A stretch of 64,000 nt of DNA from Desulfatiglandales bacterium (GTDB lineage Bacteria; Desulfobacterota; DSM-4660; Desulfatiglandales; Desulfatiglandaceae). Location: positions 2,944,001-3,008,000 of the forward strand of contig OY762721.1 in assembly GCA_963666345.1 (NCBI GenBank), in the 5' to 3' direction. Made by a program: the position numbers and the translations under genes. The notes below the pieces were generated by a model, which searched no databases, was not told the DNA's origin, and saw nothing but the letters and a program-made list of their open reading frames with translations. This document shows positions 49,794 to 60,497 of the stretch, piece by piece (within the stretch, counting starts at the first letter, position 1; each line of letters starts with the position of its first letter).

Positions 49794-51431
49794 TCAGATC
49801 GGTTCATAAAGGCTGTGGATTCTGCCACCCCTTTTTTCAAAATATATGTTTCCGAGGCAGGCCTTGTCATCCGTGTCAGGGTGATCTGATCTATAATGCG
49901 CGCCCCGGCTTTCACGTCTTCTATCCGCCCCTTCCGTTATCAGTATCGAGACGGTGACCATGTTTTTAAGTTCATAAAAGGAGGCAAGATCCTGAATATT
50001 TTCAATAGCCGCCTGAGAAAGATTCAGTTTTATCGCCTCAAGCTCTGAACGGGCGGTTTTAATGGAATCACCGCTTCTTACTATTGCCAGGTTGTTCCAC
50101 GTCAGTTCCCTGACGCACCTTTTCAGTTCACCAACAGAGAGGGCGCCGGAACGGAAGGGTTCAATCTCAAAGCGGGGGGATGAGGGAATAATTGTTTTTC
50201 CAGCGGAGCTGTCGGCTGCGGCCTTGCCCGCGGTTACCCCTGAGGCCACTGTCTCGGAAAGGGCCGTGCCCCCCAGCCTGTTGGCCCCGTGCAGTCCCCC
50301 GACCGCCTCCCCGCACGCAAGGAGACCGGGCACGGTTGTCTCTCCTTTTGAATTTACCGCTACCCCTCCCATGAAAAAGTGTGTGGCCGGAGAAACGGGG
50401 ATGAGATTTTTCAAAGGGTCGATTCCGACGCTTTTAAGCCTTTTGCACAGATCCGGGAATTTGTTGTCAAGGACCTCCCTGCCTATTTCTCTGCAATCCA
50501 CGAATATACGACCGTCTTTTCCGCGGCCTTCCCTGATTTCGCTGTATGCCGCACGGCTCATGATGTCTCTTGTAGCCAGGTTTCCCGATGTGTCATACCT
50601 GTGCATGAATTGTTCGCCGTCGGCGTTTAAAAGGGCCGCCCCTTCGGTGAAAAGGGCACTTGATATGGTTAATCTGGCCGGCTCGGACATCATGGCGGGA
50701 TAAAACTGCACGAATTCCATGTCCCTTATCCCGGCACCTGCGTCCCAGGCAAGGCCGTAAGAGTCTCCGGTGATATCACGGGTATTGTCCGATCTCAGAA
50801 AAATCCTGCCGCCTCCACCTGCGGCAAGGATTACGGATCTGCATGTAATCAGGAGAACACTTTCGTCCTTTTTGTTGATAGCGGCGGCACCGCAGACCTT
50901 TCCGTCGTCCACAAGAAGGCCTATGACAGGAGAAAAATCTATTGTCCTTACCCCGGTTTCCCTTGCCTTTTTAAGCAGAGGCGCCGTAATGGAAAGCCCC
51001 CTTGTAAGGTAGGGGTAGCCGCTGACGTCGGTGGGATATGTCCTGCCTACCGAATGTCCTCCTATCCTTTTTATCAGGTATGTGTCATCTGTTTTAGTGA
51101 AAGGGACACCAAGGCCGGAAAGTTTTTCAAGCACCCAGGCTGAGTCTTCCACAAACCGCTCCACCTGCCTTGGGTCATTAACCTCTTTGCCTGATTTCAT
51201 GATGTCTTTAAAGAAAAGTGCACGCGAATCGGTCCGGTTGTGTCTTGTGGAGAGAAGGGACAGGTATGCCCCTGATATGATGGAATTTCCGCTGTACCCG
51301 TTTTTGCTTTTAGAAAGGATGGTTACGGCCGCGCCTTTTGATCGCGCCTCTATAGCCGCTGCGAGCCCTGCGGCTCCGCCTCCTATCACAAGTACATCGG
51401 TGGTCAGCGTCTGTGCTGTTAATGAAGACAT
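49794..51431 (-). CDS. SdhA/FrdA/NadB-family flavoprotein
   Basis: GGGAAG, DMEFVQFYP, HFFMGG, GLHGANRLGG, RESRGAHYRSD. Confidence 0.9.
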   Translation of the reverse strand: MSSLTAQTLTTDVLVIGGGAAGLAAAIEARSKGAAVTILSKSKNGYSGNSIISGAYLSLLSTRHNRTDSRALFFKDIMKSGKEVNDPRQVERFVEDSAWVLEKLSGLGVPFTKTDDTYLIKRIGGHSVGRTYPTDVSGYPYLTRGLSITAPLLKKARETGVRTIDFSPVIGLLVDDGKVCGAAAINKKDESVLLITCRSVILAAGGGGRIFLRSDNTRDITGDSYGLAWDAGAGIRDMEFVQFYPAMMSEPARLTISSALFTEGAALLNADGEQFMHRYDTSGNLATRDIMSRAAYSEIREGRGKDGRIFVDCREIGREVLDNKFPDLCKRLKSVGIDPLKNLIPVSPATHFFMGGVAVNSKGETTVPGLLACGEAVGGLHGANRLGGTALSETVASGVTAGKAAADSSAGKTIIPSSPRFEIEPFRSGALSVGELKRCVRELTWNNLAIVRSGDSIKTARSELEAIKLNLSQAAIENIQDLASFYELKNMVTVSILITEGADRRRESRGAHYRSDHPDTDDKACLGNIYFEKRGGRIHSLYEPI

Positions 51432-51494
51432 TTTCTGCGTAAATTCCAGGGTTTGCTGAGAAACGGTTTCAATAAATGAAGGAAGAATTCAATT

Positions 51495-52730
51495 TCAGCC
51501 GGACTCCGGGTAACGACCTCTTATTGAACGAATCACGTCGTAGGCCGACATGAACACTTCTACAAGCTCGGGGTCGAAGTATCGGCCCGATTCTTTCCGG
51601 ATCTCTTTTAAGACCTCTGATTCATCCCAGGCATCCTTGTATGACCTTGACGAAGACAGGGCGTCGTATACATCCGCGAGCGCGACTATTCGTCCGAAGA
51701 GCGGTATTTCTTCTCCTTTTTTTCCTAACGGCTTTCCACCAGGGCCTGTGTGATCCTTCAGCGGCAGGCCTGTATGGATATCTATGTGTCCGGGATAACC
51801 CGATCCGTCCCAATGTTCGTGATGCGAGAGGGCTACCTGTGAGGCCGCCGCGTCCAGTTCCGATTTGTTCCCCGAAAAGAGCCTGGCGCCAAGAATTGTG
51901 TGCTGCTTCATGATCTCGAACTCATCCTTTTCAAAACGGCCCGGCTTTTTCAAAATGAGATCTGAGATGCCTACCTTACCCACATCATGAAGCATCGCCG
52001 CCATGCGGAGGATGTCCCGATTGTTATCGATCGTCCTCTGTGGGATATTTCGGCGGGCGGCCCATCTGTCATAAAGTTCAACTGAAAACGCCCCCACCCT
52101 GTTTACATGATCTCCTGTTTCTTTCGGGTCTCTCAGTTTGGCCATCCTGATCATGCGCAGGATTATAGCACGCGTCATCTGTGCCTTTTCAAGGGCCACG
52201 GAGGCGATGCTGGCAAAGTGCGTCATTATTTCTTTGTCTTCCTCGGAAAATGCCACAACACTGCTATTTGAATTATGTGCGTTTATGATCTGAAGAACCC
52301 CCAGCATGGAGTCATTGCTCGATATCAGAGGAATCGTCAGAACGGATTCAGTCCTGTAGTCCGAGGCTTCATCAAATTCTTTGCTGAATTGATAAGGACT
52401 GGCCGGATCGATTTTGTAGACATTTTCTATGTTGAGGGGACTGCCTGTTGAGGCGACATATCCGGCGATGCTTTTTTTGTCGATCCGTAGCGAAAAGGTC
52501 GAGTAAATAAGCTTTTCGCCAGGTTTCAATCTCTTTTGGAGGGTTTCGTTCTGTGTATAACTGAAATTCAACCTGCTGCCGTTGGCAATATATATGGAGC
52601 CAGCATCCGCATTAACCACCCGACGCGCGTTTGTCAGGATATGTTCCATCAGGATGTCGAGGTCTTTGACTCGACTAAGTTCTAATATCAGTTTATTTAG
52701 AGAATCAAGTTTCTCGGATTCCCTCAGCAT
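51495..52730 (-). CDS. GAF + HD-GYP phosphodiesterase
   Basis: GAF (FDEASDYRTESVLTIPL), LHDVGK, HHEHWDGSGYP. Confidence 0.92.
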   Translation of the reverse strand: MLRESEKLDSLNKLILELSRVKDLDILMEHILTNARRVVNADAGSIYIANGSRLNFSYTQNETLQKRLKPGEKLIYSTFSLRIDKKSIAGYVASTGSPLNIENVYKIDPASPYQFSKEFDEASDYRTESVLTIPLISSNDSMLGVLQIINAHNSNSSVVAFSEEDKEIMTHFASIASVALEKAQMTRAIILRMIRMAKLRDPKETGDHVNRVGAFSVELYDRWAARRNIPQRTIDNNRDILRMAAMLHDVGKVGISDLILKKPGRFEKDEFEIMKQHTILGARLFSGNKSELDAAASQVALSHHEHWDGSGYPGHIDIHTGLPLKDHTGPGGKPLGKKGEEIPLFGRIVALADVYDALSSSRSYKDAWDESEVLKEIRKESGRYFDPELVEVFMSAYDVIRSIRGRYPESG

Positions 52731-52974
52731 GGTCGCCCCTTTTTCAGTTTATAGTTTGACTCGGATAACGATCATATGGACAGTCGCAGAAGCTTTCACA
52801 CAATTGGGACGAATTTATCCTCTTAAGATGCCAAGATCAATGATAAAATATAGGACCCGGAGGCCGTTTCAAGCAATATATGCAAAAATAGATCATATGT
52901 CACTTGGTTAAGTTCTGCAAAAATCTTATTCCCGGTGGGGCGGCTACCAGAAAATCCCCTATTCAAATCATTGA

Positions 52975-53859
52975 TCAGAAAAGTTTTGTGTTCCTGATTA
53001 TTTTTGCCGCCTTATTGTCTTTTAACAGTTCAGCTTCCATACCTTCAAGGCCCGATATCCTGCAAAGGTAGAAATAGCCCCCTTTTAGGATTTCATACAC
53101 CATAAGGGGAATATTGGTAATGTGTTGAGTGCCGGCCTTGCCGTAGTAAAAGGAGGGCTCAGGCCTTGAAGAGGTGATGGAGAGCTGGACCGGTTCATTA
53201 TCATCTTTCGGGCTGCACCACCTTGCGGGGGTCAGCGCGAAGATGGCGGCGCATCCTTTAGGTCGGGCAGGATATATCACGCATTTGTCTTTATTGAGAA
53301 AGGGGCATGATATGTTGAGGTCAAGATATCTTTTGACCAGATTCGAGTGATTTTCAGCCACCTTTTCTGAAAATCCGGAAGTAACCATCAGGTTGAATGA
53401 TCCGGATACCTCCCTGAATAAGGATTCCTTCTTTTTTACCATGTTTCTCCAAACCGGATAGCCGAAAAGAAAAGCCTTTAAGGCCGATTCATTCTGATAG
53501 AGATAATAGACAATGGCCTCACACTCCTGAAGGGAGCCTCCAACAAAATGCGAGCAGCAGTAGACACAGCCCTTTGAGCACTGAACGGTCTTGCCGGTTT
53601 TCTCCGCATGCCTTTTCTGGTAACTGGAGATCTCCTTGAACAGGTCGGTTTTATGGTGCAGGTATCTTTTGCAGAAATCCCTTCTTTTTTTCCCTATGTT
53701 TCCCATGAAGGCAAGGCGGCGGGAAAGATCAAAAGGGTCCGCCTTTTTCGCGGTCTGCCCGACTGAGCTGTTAAAACCGACGGTGTTTCCGGCACCGCAG
53801 CAGTGCTTGTATTTTTTTCCACTCCCGCATGGGCATGGAGAATTTCTTCCGATTTTCAT
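52975..53859 (-). CDS. SEC-C motif + YkgJ/CxxCxxCC-type cysteine cluster protein
   Basis: [42 protein letters not shown]. Confidence 0.85.
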   Translation of the reverse strand: MKIGRNSPCPCGSGKKYKHCCGAGNTVGFNSSVGQTAKKADPFDLSRRLAFMGNIGKKRRDFCKRYLHHKTDLFKEISSYQKRHAEKTGKTVQCSKGCVYCCSHFVGGSLQECEAIVYYLYQNESALKAFLFGYPVWRNMVKKKESLFREVSGSFNLMVTSGFSEKVAENHSNLVKRYLDLNISCPFLNKDKCVIYPARPKGCAAIFALTPARWCSPKDDNEPVQLSITSSRPEPSFYYGKAGTQHITNIPLMVYEILKGGYFYLCRISGLEGMEAELLKDNKAAKIIRNTKLF

Positions 53860-54046
53860 ATTGTAACCGTTTTTAATGACTTCGTAATACTAAAATCTTG
53901 GATAAATAAGGAAAAAGGCCCGCAAAGACCGGCAGGAGCCTTTTGACTTGATTCATGGCAAATGAAAACGCAGTTGCATGGGGGATCTCAGGGAAACGGT
54001 GTAGGGCGGCAGGTTTGCGTTGAGTCTTGCTGCCTTGTCTCAAAGA

Positions 54047-54454
54047 TTATCGCCGTTTTTTTTCCTCAGTGCCGTGCCTTTCCGCTTTGAGGTCGTCAAG
54101 TATCTCCTTGACGGTCTCATCTTTTTCAATCACATATGTCTTGTCCGTGTCTGAATATGAGACCGCGGGCCTTTTCCTGGGTGAGATCTTCCATGAACTC
54201 ATGTCAGAGTAGATGTTCCAGTCCTCCAGATCAAATTCCAAGTGCTTTACCTGCGGAAGTTCCGCCAGGTCACTCAAAAGGGGTTCAAGGGTGGATGTTG
54301 AAAAATCTCCGTCAGGATCCCTTTTAAGACTGCCGTAAAGGTAGAGGGTTGCACCTGAAAAGGAAAAATGAAGCGTGCTGAGATTAACGGCATGCCTTGT
54401 CAGAACGGCCTTAGCCATCTGATTTACTTCATATCTCAAAAATTGGTTTGACAT
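54047..54454 (-). CDS. Hypothetical protein
   Basis: 135-aa ORF with AAGGTG RBS. Confidence 0.7.
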   Translation of the reverse strand: MSNQFLRYEVNQMAKAVLTRHAVNLSTLHFSFSGATLYLYGSLKRDPDGDFSTSTLEPLLSDLAELPQVKHLEFDLEDWNIYSDMSSWKISPRKRPAVSYSDTDKTYVIEKDETVKEILDDLKAERHGTEEKKRR

Positions 54455-54754
54455 GTAACAGACACCTTTATCCTAAAATTTCCGGCTAATATTGCACAGT
54501 AAAATAAAAAAGCCAACCATTTGTTCCCTGATCCGCCATTCGACATGCCCATGGCCCTGAGTTGAACCGACAGGCCGGGTCGCCTTCGATGGTTCAGCCT
54601 CGTTTACATCCGATACCGGGCGACACCTTACCGGTGACCAGTTATTCCAAATCCATTTAACTCCGGACCGTTACCAGAATCACACGGCGGTTCCGGGTCG
54701 TGCCGGCAGGGCGGTTCGCCCTGAAATGCCTTTCCGGTTGGCTGGTATGCAGGG

Positions 54755-56401
54755 TTAATCGGGCCGGATAAGGCAAGGGATCTTTTTAAAATCAGGCCCT
54801 TCCTCTGCCTTGGAGGCAATCAGATTCGCAAGCCAGTTTTCGTTGTCTTCACGGGGAAAATCACTTCTAAAGTGTGAGCCCCTGCTTTCAGTCCTTAGAA
54901 GTGCGCTTCTGCAGACTATTTCAGCGACGGTAAGCATATTTGTTAACTCAAGGAGCCTTATCAGTTCTTTAGGATTTGAGACCCTGGACTCTTTACTGAG
55001 ATCAATTATTTCCCCTATCTCGGCCAAAGCCCTTTCCAGCATTTCACTGTTACGAACGATTCCTGCATTCCGCCATATCAGGGTCCTGAGCCTTTTTCGA
55101 AGAAGGGATATATCCATGCCACTTGGCGAGACAAGGCCCCTGATCCTTTGTTTTTCATCCTCGATCTGGTCCTGTGCCATGTTCGTCGATTTTGTGCCTA
55201 GTGCCTTATGGGCGGCGTTTTTACCGGCGACATACCCGATTGTGAATATCTCGGCAAGTGCGTTTCCACTGAGCCGGTTGGCGCCGTGAACCCCCGCGCA
55301 GACCTCACCGGCGGCAAAAAGCCCCGAGACCTTGGTTTCCGCGTTAGTTTCGATAACAACCCCTCCCATGCAGAAATGGGTCGTAGGAGACACGGGAAAA
55401 GACCTGATCCCCTTTGCGAATGAACCGGGAAGCAGCGAGTGAAATTGATCCGCCCTGTCTTCCGGCATGCTGCTCAGGTCCATTATCACCGAACCGTTCA
55501 CATCAAGCCCTTCTATTATCTCCTGCATGATGGCCTGTGCCATGCGGTCTCTGGTAGCCAGCTTTGAGTCGTTAAGGCCATGTTTTTCAAGGATATTTTC
55601 TCCCAAGGAATTTTTGAGGGTTGCGCCTCCATGAAACAGAAATGATTCATAGAGGAGTATCCTGCTGCCTGATTTTCCCGTTGCCGTCGGATAGAACTGG
55701 ACAAATTCCATATCCATGAGGGGAAGCCCCAGTTCATATGCGAGCGCCTGCCCGTCCCCTGTTATTCCCGCTGCATTATTTGTGTGAAGGAATATATTGG
55801 AATATCCGCCGGTAGCCAGGACAACGCATGCGGCTTTAAACAGGTGTATCTTTCCATCCCTTGAAATTCCTGCAGCGCCGGTTACAATATTCTCCGAGGT
55901 AAAGATCCTGGTGACAAACACCCTGTTTGTAAACCTTACTCCCGATCGCTCGGCATGTTGTTTAAGAGGGATCGCGAGATCGCTGCCTGTCCAGTTTATT
56001 CCTGAAACATGCCTAGGGTAGGTGTGCCCCGGCACATGCCTGACCCTTGGCTTCCCGTCCTGCTCAGCCAGGGAGACTCCACATTTTCTTAGAAATGAAA
56101 TCTGCCTGCCCGCCTCCCTGGTCATAATGGATAAGAGGCCGCGGTCGTTTAAAAAGCAGCCTCCTTTCAGGGTATCCTCCATATGGACCTCATGGTTGTC
56201 CTCTTTGGCCCCCCATCCGGAGGCGGCAATATTTGATTTGGATATAAAGGTGTTGTTTCCGTATCCTGCATTTGTCTTTGATACGACCATTACATCCGCA
56301 CCCCGTTGCCTTGCCTCTATGGCGGCCCTAAGCCCTGCCCCCCCGCCTCCCACAATGAGGACATCACAACAGTGCTGTTCTGTTTCTTCAAGATGGTTCA
56401 T
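54755..56401 (-). CDS. SdhA/FrdA/NadB-family flavoprotein (second paralog)
   Basis: GGGGAG, DMEFVQFYP, HFCMGG, GVHGANRLSG, TESRGSHFRSD. Confidence 0.9.
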   Translation of the reverse strand: MNHLEETEQHCCDVLIVGGGGAGLRAAIEARQRGADVMVVSKTNAGYGNNTFISKSNIAASGWGAKEDNHEVHMEDTLKGGCFLNDRGLLSIMTREAGRQISFLRKCGVSLAEQDGKPRVRHVPGHTYPRHVSGINWTGSDLAIPLKQHAERSGVRFTNRVFVTRIFTSENIVTGAAGISRDGKIHLFKAACVVLATGGYSNIFLHTNNAAGITGDGQALAYELGLPLMDMEFVQFYPTATGKSGSRILLYESFLFHGGATLKNSLGENILEKHGLNDSKLATRDRMAQAIMQEIIEGLDVNGSVIMDLSSMPEDRADQFHSLLPGSFAKGIRSFPVSPTTHFCMGGVVIETNAETKVSGLFAAGEVCAGVHGANRLSGNALAEIFTIGYVAGKNAAHKALGTKSTNMAQDQIEDEKQRIRGLVSPSGMDISLLRKRLRTLIWRNAGIVRNSEMLERALAEIGEIIDLSKESRVSNPKELIRLLELTNMLTVAEIVCRSALLRTESRGSHFRSDFPREDNENWLANLIASKAEEGPDFKKIPCLIRPD

Positions 56402-56580
56402 AAGTGCCGCCTTTCCTTTTAGCAATGATCATCATTGAGGTGAGAAGGAACTCCTTTTTTGATTGATGAAAACATGGCCTGCCCGGGATACCTTCGAACA
56501 TAACAGAATAATAGGTTTTGGCATGTTGCTTTTGATGCGATTCGGAAAGAATCAGGGTGGAATGTCCATCCTCAGGATAT

Positions 56581-57750
56581 TTATGCGCTGTATCTTCTGA
56601 AGAATTCGCAGGTCACTTTTGTTGAAACTGCGATGGAGGTAATTACGTTTTCAAGGATATTCCTCATTGTTACCGAAAGATTATCATGCTCCTTTTGGAA
56701 TTTTGTTATATCCATCTTTGTTACTTCCATATCCCTGGACGCAAATACGGAAGCGGAATGAGGTTCCTGTGCAGGCGAAAGGAAGGGGAGGTATCCGAAA
56801 AAATCGCCTTTACTCAAATCCGCCAACAATACATCTCCGATATCCGTCTTCCTTATAATTGATGCCCTTCCATTGTTTATAAAAAAGGCGTCCTTCAGTT
56901 TGCCTCCCTGCCTTGCAAAAGGTCTTTTATCTGCGATCGCTTCTTTGATCGTGCCTTTTCTCAGATATGTGTCAACCGCCTTGTTGGATGTTTCCCTCAG
57001 CCTTTTGTCGAGACTGATCAGCAGATTCCTGAATTCGATAGAGAGATGGGAAAATTCCCCCGACAGGCGTTGGGAATCCAGTATCCCCAGCTGAACCCTG
57101 CCCACTGCCACCGCAGTCGCGCTGCGTATGTTCGTCGGAAACAGAAGAGATGCCATACTGCCGATAAAGGAGCCCTCGCCGATTCTTACAAGGGTCAATG
57201 GGCCTCGGCCGGTATCTTTCACTATGTCAACCGCTCCCTTTATTATGACCCATATCCAGTTTCCGAACTGACTTTCCTTAACTATGTTGTGACCATGAAC
57301 AAAAGATTCCATGTCCACGACATGTCCATAGTCGATAAGAGGACCTTTGATAAAAGGAATGCCTTTTGCAGCCGGTGATGTACCGGAGTAAATCTCATCA
57401 AAAGTGATTCCTCCAACCTTTTTGACGGTACCTTCATCAAGCATTCTGAGACCGTCCAGAATCAGCTCCATCTGGTTGGCGTGAATTGTGCGCCTTTTTT
57501 TATGTGCCTGCTGAGTGAAGTTGAATTCGCCTTCGGTCCAGCCGAAAAGCGGATAAACCGCGTCCGCCCCGGTAATGTTTCCCAAATCGGCAGAAACGAT
57601 ATGACCTTTTTCAAAATAGATGTCGCCGGGCGGCCCGGAGTATTTGCTTTTGAGGCGAAGCACGCCTGATGCACCGCTTGAACCGAGGAGCTGTATTATC
57701 TCCGGCAATCCAAGAAAAGCCAGGTTTCCTGCCAGATTAGCCTTGGACAT
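56581..57750 (-). CDS. DUF4388 (PatA-N-like) + tandem cNMP-binding domain protein
   Basis: LAGNLAFLGLPEIIQLL..WTEGEFNF; two cNMP-like domains (RSATAVA, HSASVFA). Confidence 0.8.
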   Translation of the reverse strand: MSKANLAGNLAFLGLPEIIQLLGSSGASGVLRLKSKYSGPPGDIYFEKGHIVSADLGNITGADAVYPLFGWTEGEFNFTQQAHKKRRTIHANQMELILDGLRMLDEGTVKKVGGITFDEIYSGTSPAAKGIPFIKGPLIDYGHVVDMESFVHGHNIVKESQFGNWIWVIIKGAVDIVKDTGRGPLTLVRIGEGSFIGSMASLLFPTNIRSATAVAVGRVQLGILDSQRLSGEFSHLSIEFRNLLISLDKRLRETSNKAVDTYLRKGTIKEAIADKRPFARQGGKLKDAFFINNGRASIIRKTDIGDVLLADLSKGDFFGYLPFLSPAQEPHSASVFASRDMEVTKMDITKFQKEHDNLSVTMRNILENVITSIAVSTKVTCEFFRRYSA

Positions 57751-58007
57751 ATCTATTAAAATCCTCCTCTTCCCTTTTGGTGATCATGGACAGCCGGTAA
57801 ACACCCTTCTATTTTATTGCAACATGAGGAGTGTGGCAATAGCTTTTGTATGTAGGCCTCTGATTTATACCGGGTTCTATTCGATTGAATTATAAATAGG
57901 GGCCTTTGAGCATCTTTTTGATTGAACCCAAGCCGGTCGTGGTCTATAGATGGCTTATAGAAATGAGGAATCTTATATCTTGAGGCGGTTATTCCAGGAT
58001 TGAATCG

Positions 58008-58048
58008 AAAAAAAGAGCAGGCAAATGAATAGGCTGCCTGCTCTTTTT
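58008..58048 (-). terminator. Intrinsic terminator of the tRNA operon
   Basis: AAAAAGAGCAGGCA...TGCCTGCTCTTTTT. Confidence 0.85.
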
Positions 58049-58060
58049 GTTGCGATATCA

Positions 58061-58136
<76 letters not shown>

Positions 58137-58147
58137 AAGTGAGCATA

Positions 58148-58224
58148 TGGCGCGCCCGGCAGGATTCGAACCTGCGGCCTACGGGTTCGAAGCCCGGCGC
58201 TCTATCCAGCTGAGCTACGGGCGC
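58148..58224 (-). tRNA. tRNA-Arg (TCG)
   Basis: 77-nt cloverleaf GCGCCCG...CTTCGAA loop...GGTTCGAATCC...CCA. Confidence 0.95.
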
Positions 58225-58353
58225 CACTTGAGACAAAAATCACTAACAGGATTGATTCCCTTTGTCAATACTATTTTTTTAGAAATAGCTTGACATATCG
58301 TGATATTTTTCTTAAAAGATACTTTTTGATTTTTGAGAGACAGGATAAAAATT

Positions 58354-58782
58354 ATGAAGACATATGTAGCGAAGGAACAGGAAATCACCAAAGGCTGGCA
58401 GCTGGTTGATGCCAAAGACAAGGTACTCGGAAGAATCGCCACCCAGATTGCAATGAGGCTAAGGGGGAAGCATAAGCCTATATTCACCCCCCATGCTGAT
58501 ACAGGTGATTTCGTCATAGTTGTAAATGCCGATAAGATTGTTCTGACAGGTAAAAAGTGGACCGACAAGCTCTATTACCGTCATAGTGGATACATCGGCG
58601 GGCTCAAGCAGACCTCGGCAAAAGAGATGCTTGAGAAAAAACCTGAGGAAATCCTGCGCCTTGCGGTAAGGGGAATGTTACCCAAAAACAGTCTTGGTCG
58701 CCGACAGCTCAAGAAATTAAAGATATATACGGGTCCGGAACATCCTCACGAGGCGCAGCAACCAAAAAAATTGGAGATATAA
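58354..58782 (+). CDS. rplM: 50S ribosomal protein L13
   Basis: [33 protein letters not shown]. Confidence 0.98.
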   Translation: MKTYVAKEQEITKGWQLVDAKDKVLGRIATQIAMRLRGKHKPIFTPHADTGDFVIVVNADKIVLTGKKWTDKLYYRHSGYIGGLKQTSAKEMLEKKPEEILRLAVRGMLPKNSLGRRQLKKLKIYTGPEHPHEAQQPKKLEI

Positions 58783-59175
58783 ATGGCAGGAGAAATTTTA
58801 TACGCCACCGGCAAAAGAAAAACATCTGTGGCCAGGGTCTGGATGAGGCCTGGTAAAGGTGAAGTCAAGATTAATAAACGCCCGCTTGAAAAATACCTGG
58901 TAAGAGAATCCGAGAGGATGCTTATCATGGAACCCCTTAGGCTTACCGAGATGATGGACAACTTTGACATTTACGTAAATGTGAGAGGCGGCGGTATTTC
59001 CGGACAGGCTGGGGCCATCAGGCATGGCATAAGCAAGGCCCTCTTGATCAAGGATCCTGAAACAAGAAAAATCCTCAAGAAGGCAGGGTTTATTACCAGG
59101 GATTCCAGGATGAAAGAAAGAAAGAAATACGGGCAGCCGGGTGCCAGGGCAAAGTACCAGTATTCGAAACGATAA
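58783..59175 (+). CDS. rpsI: 30S ribosomal protein S9
   Basis: [37 protein letters not shown]. Confidence 0.98.
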   Translation: MAGEILYATGKRKTSVARVWMRPGKGEVKINKRPLEKYLVRESERMLIMEPLRLTEMMDNFDIYVNVRGGGISGQAGAIRHGISKALLIKDPETRKILKKAGFITRDSRMKERKKYGQPGARAKYQYSKR

Positions 59176-59204
59176 TTGACCGTATCGTTGAAATAGAGCT
59201 AATC

Positions 59205-59236
59205 AAAGGGGGGCCTTGTACCGGCCCCCTTTTTTT
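59205..59236 (+). terminator. Intrinsic terminator after rpsI
   Basis: GGGGGCC-loop-GGCCCCC followed by T-run. Confidence 0.85.
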
Positions 59237-59357
59237 ATGGTCTTTGCCTGAATGTCCCGCATGTCAGCGCAGAGGGATTAAATGCAAGGTGAACCGCGTC
59301 TAAGCCCTTAAGGGCTTAGACGGATCAGGCCGCAGATTTCCGCGCACGGATTCATGG

Positions 59358-60110
59358 GTGAATGGGGTGAAAGACAGAAATATCAGGCTTACAGTTGCAT
59401 ATGACGGGAGCCGTTACCATGGCTGGCAAAGGCAGGATAACGGCATTACGATCCAGGAAGTTATGGAGAAAAAGATTTCTCTTATGGCGGATGAACCTGT
59501 CGCCCTTATCGCCTCCGGTCGCACTGATGCGGGCGTTCATGCCCTGGCCCAGGTATGCAATTTCAGGACCGGGGCCGAGCTTTCAGCCAATGTGTTCAGA
59601 AGCGGCCTTAATTCCCTTCTACCTGATGATATTTTCGTGAAAGAAGCGCGTGACATGCCTTTGGAGTTTCACTCCAGGTACAGTGCAAAGAAAAAGACCT
59701 ATGAATACAGGATCCTGAATCTTGAAGAAAGGGACATATTCAGGCGTCTTTATTCATGGCATATCAGAACTCCCCTGGACACCGATAATATGGGAAAATG
59801 TCTTGACATGTTGAAAGGTAAGCTTGATTTTTCCTCATTTCGATCAACGGGAAGTGAAAACAGGGATCCTGTAAGGAACCTTTCAAGGGCTCAAATATCA
59901 GGACCTGGAGGGGGTATGATCCGCATTGTTATCGAGGCTGACGGCTTTTTGAGACACATGGTGAGAAATATCGTTGGAACGGTTGTCGACGCGGGGCTGG
60001 GGAAGATCTCCGTCGAAACCTTCAAATCGATTCTTGAGGCAAGGGATCGCTCAAGTGCCGGAATCAAGGCTCCGCCGCAGGGGCTTTTCCTTGTGGAGGT
60101 GAATTACTAG
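59358..60110 (+). CDS. truA: tRNA pseudouridine(38-40) synthase
   Basis: YDGSRYHGWQRQ, SGRTDAGVHA, FLRHMVRNIVG. Confidence 0.96.
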   Translation: MNGVKDRNIRLTVAYDGSRYHGWQRQDNGITIQEVMEKKISLMADEPVALIASGRTDAGVHALAQVCNFRTGAELSANVFRSGLNSLLPDDIFVKEARDMPLEFHSRYSAKKKTYEYRILNLEERDIFRRLYSWHIRTPLDTDNMGKCLDMLKGKLDFSSFRSTGSENRDPVRNLSRAQISGPGGGMIRIVIEADGFLRHMVRNIVGTVVDAGLGKISVETFKSILEARDRSSAGIKAPPQGLFLVEVNY

Positions 60111-60268
60111 TCCTTGTCCGGGATATCTTCTCCAACAGATGAATTGACGGTTTTATAGACCTTGTCCCAGACTTCACTGAAGGAATTCACACTCAACCTT
60201 CCCATTTCTATGAATTTTACCACTATCTCTTTTGTGGCCTTTATTACAAGCTCATCTTTGCTCTTCAT
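60107..60268 (-). CDS. Small conserved hypothetical protein
   Basis: GGGGAG RBS; KATKEIVVKFIEMGRLS. Confidence 0.65.
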   Translation of the reverse strand: MKSKDELVIKATKEIVVKFIEMGRLSVNSFSEVWDKVYKTVNSSVGEDIPDKD

Positions 60269-60497
60269 GCGATCTCCCCAGATAATTCCCATTAAAAGAT
60301 AAACAGTTATGGATGGGCACCAGATATAGAACACCGGCTGTTTTATCAAAAAAAACTTTGATTGGCGGCAGCCGTTTAAATATATATTTAAACCCCCGTC
60401 AGACGGAAGAAGGCCGCAACCGGATCCGGCGGGGGTTAATTAAGAAGAACCTTTCAAGCCCCCCTTAACCTAAAACTATCAGAGCCGTCTGAAAAAA

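Noticed and set aside
54520..54750. Possible riboswitch or ncRNA in a GC-rich intergenic region
   Set aside because: Short hairpins are present but I cannot match a known family motif; needs an Rfam search
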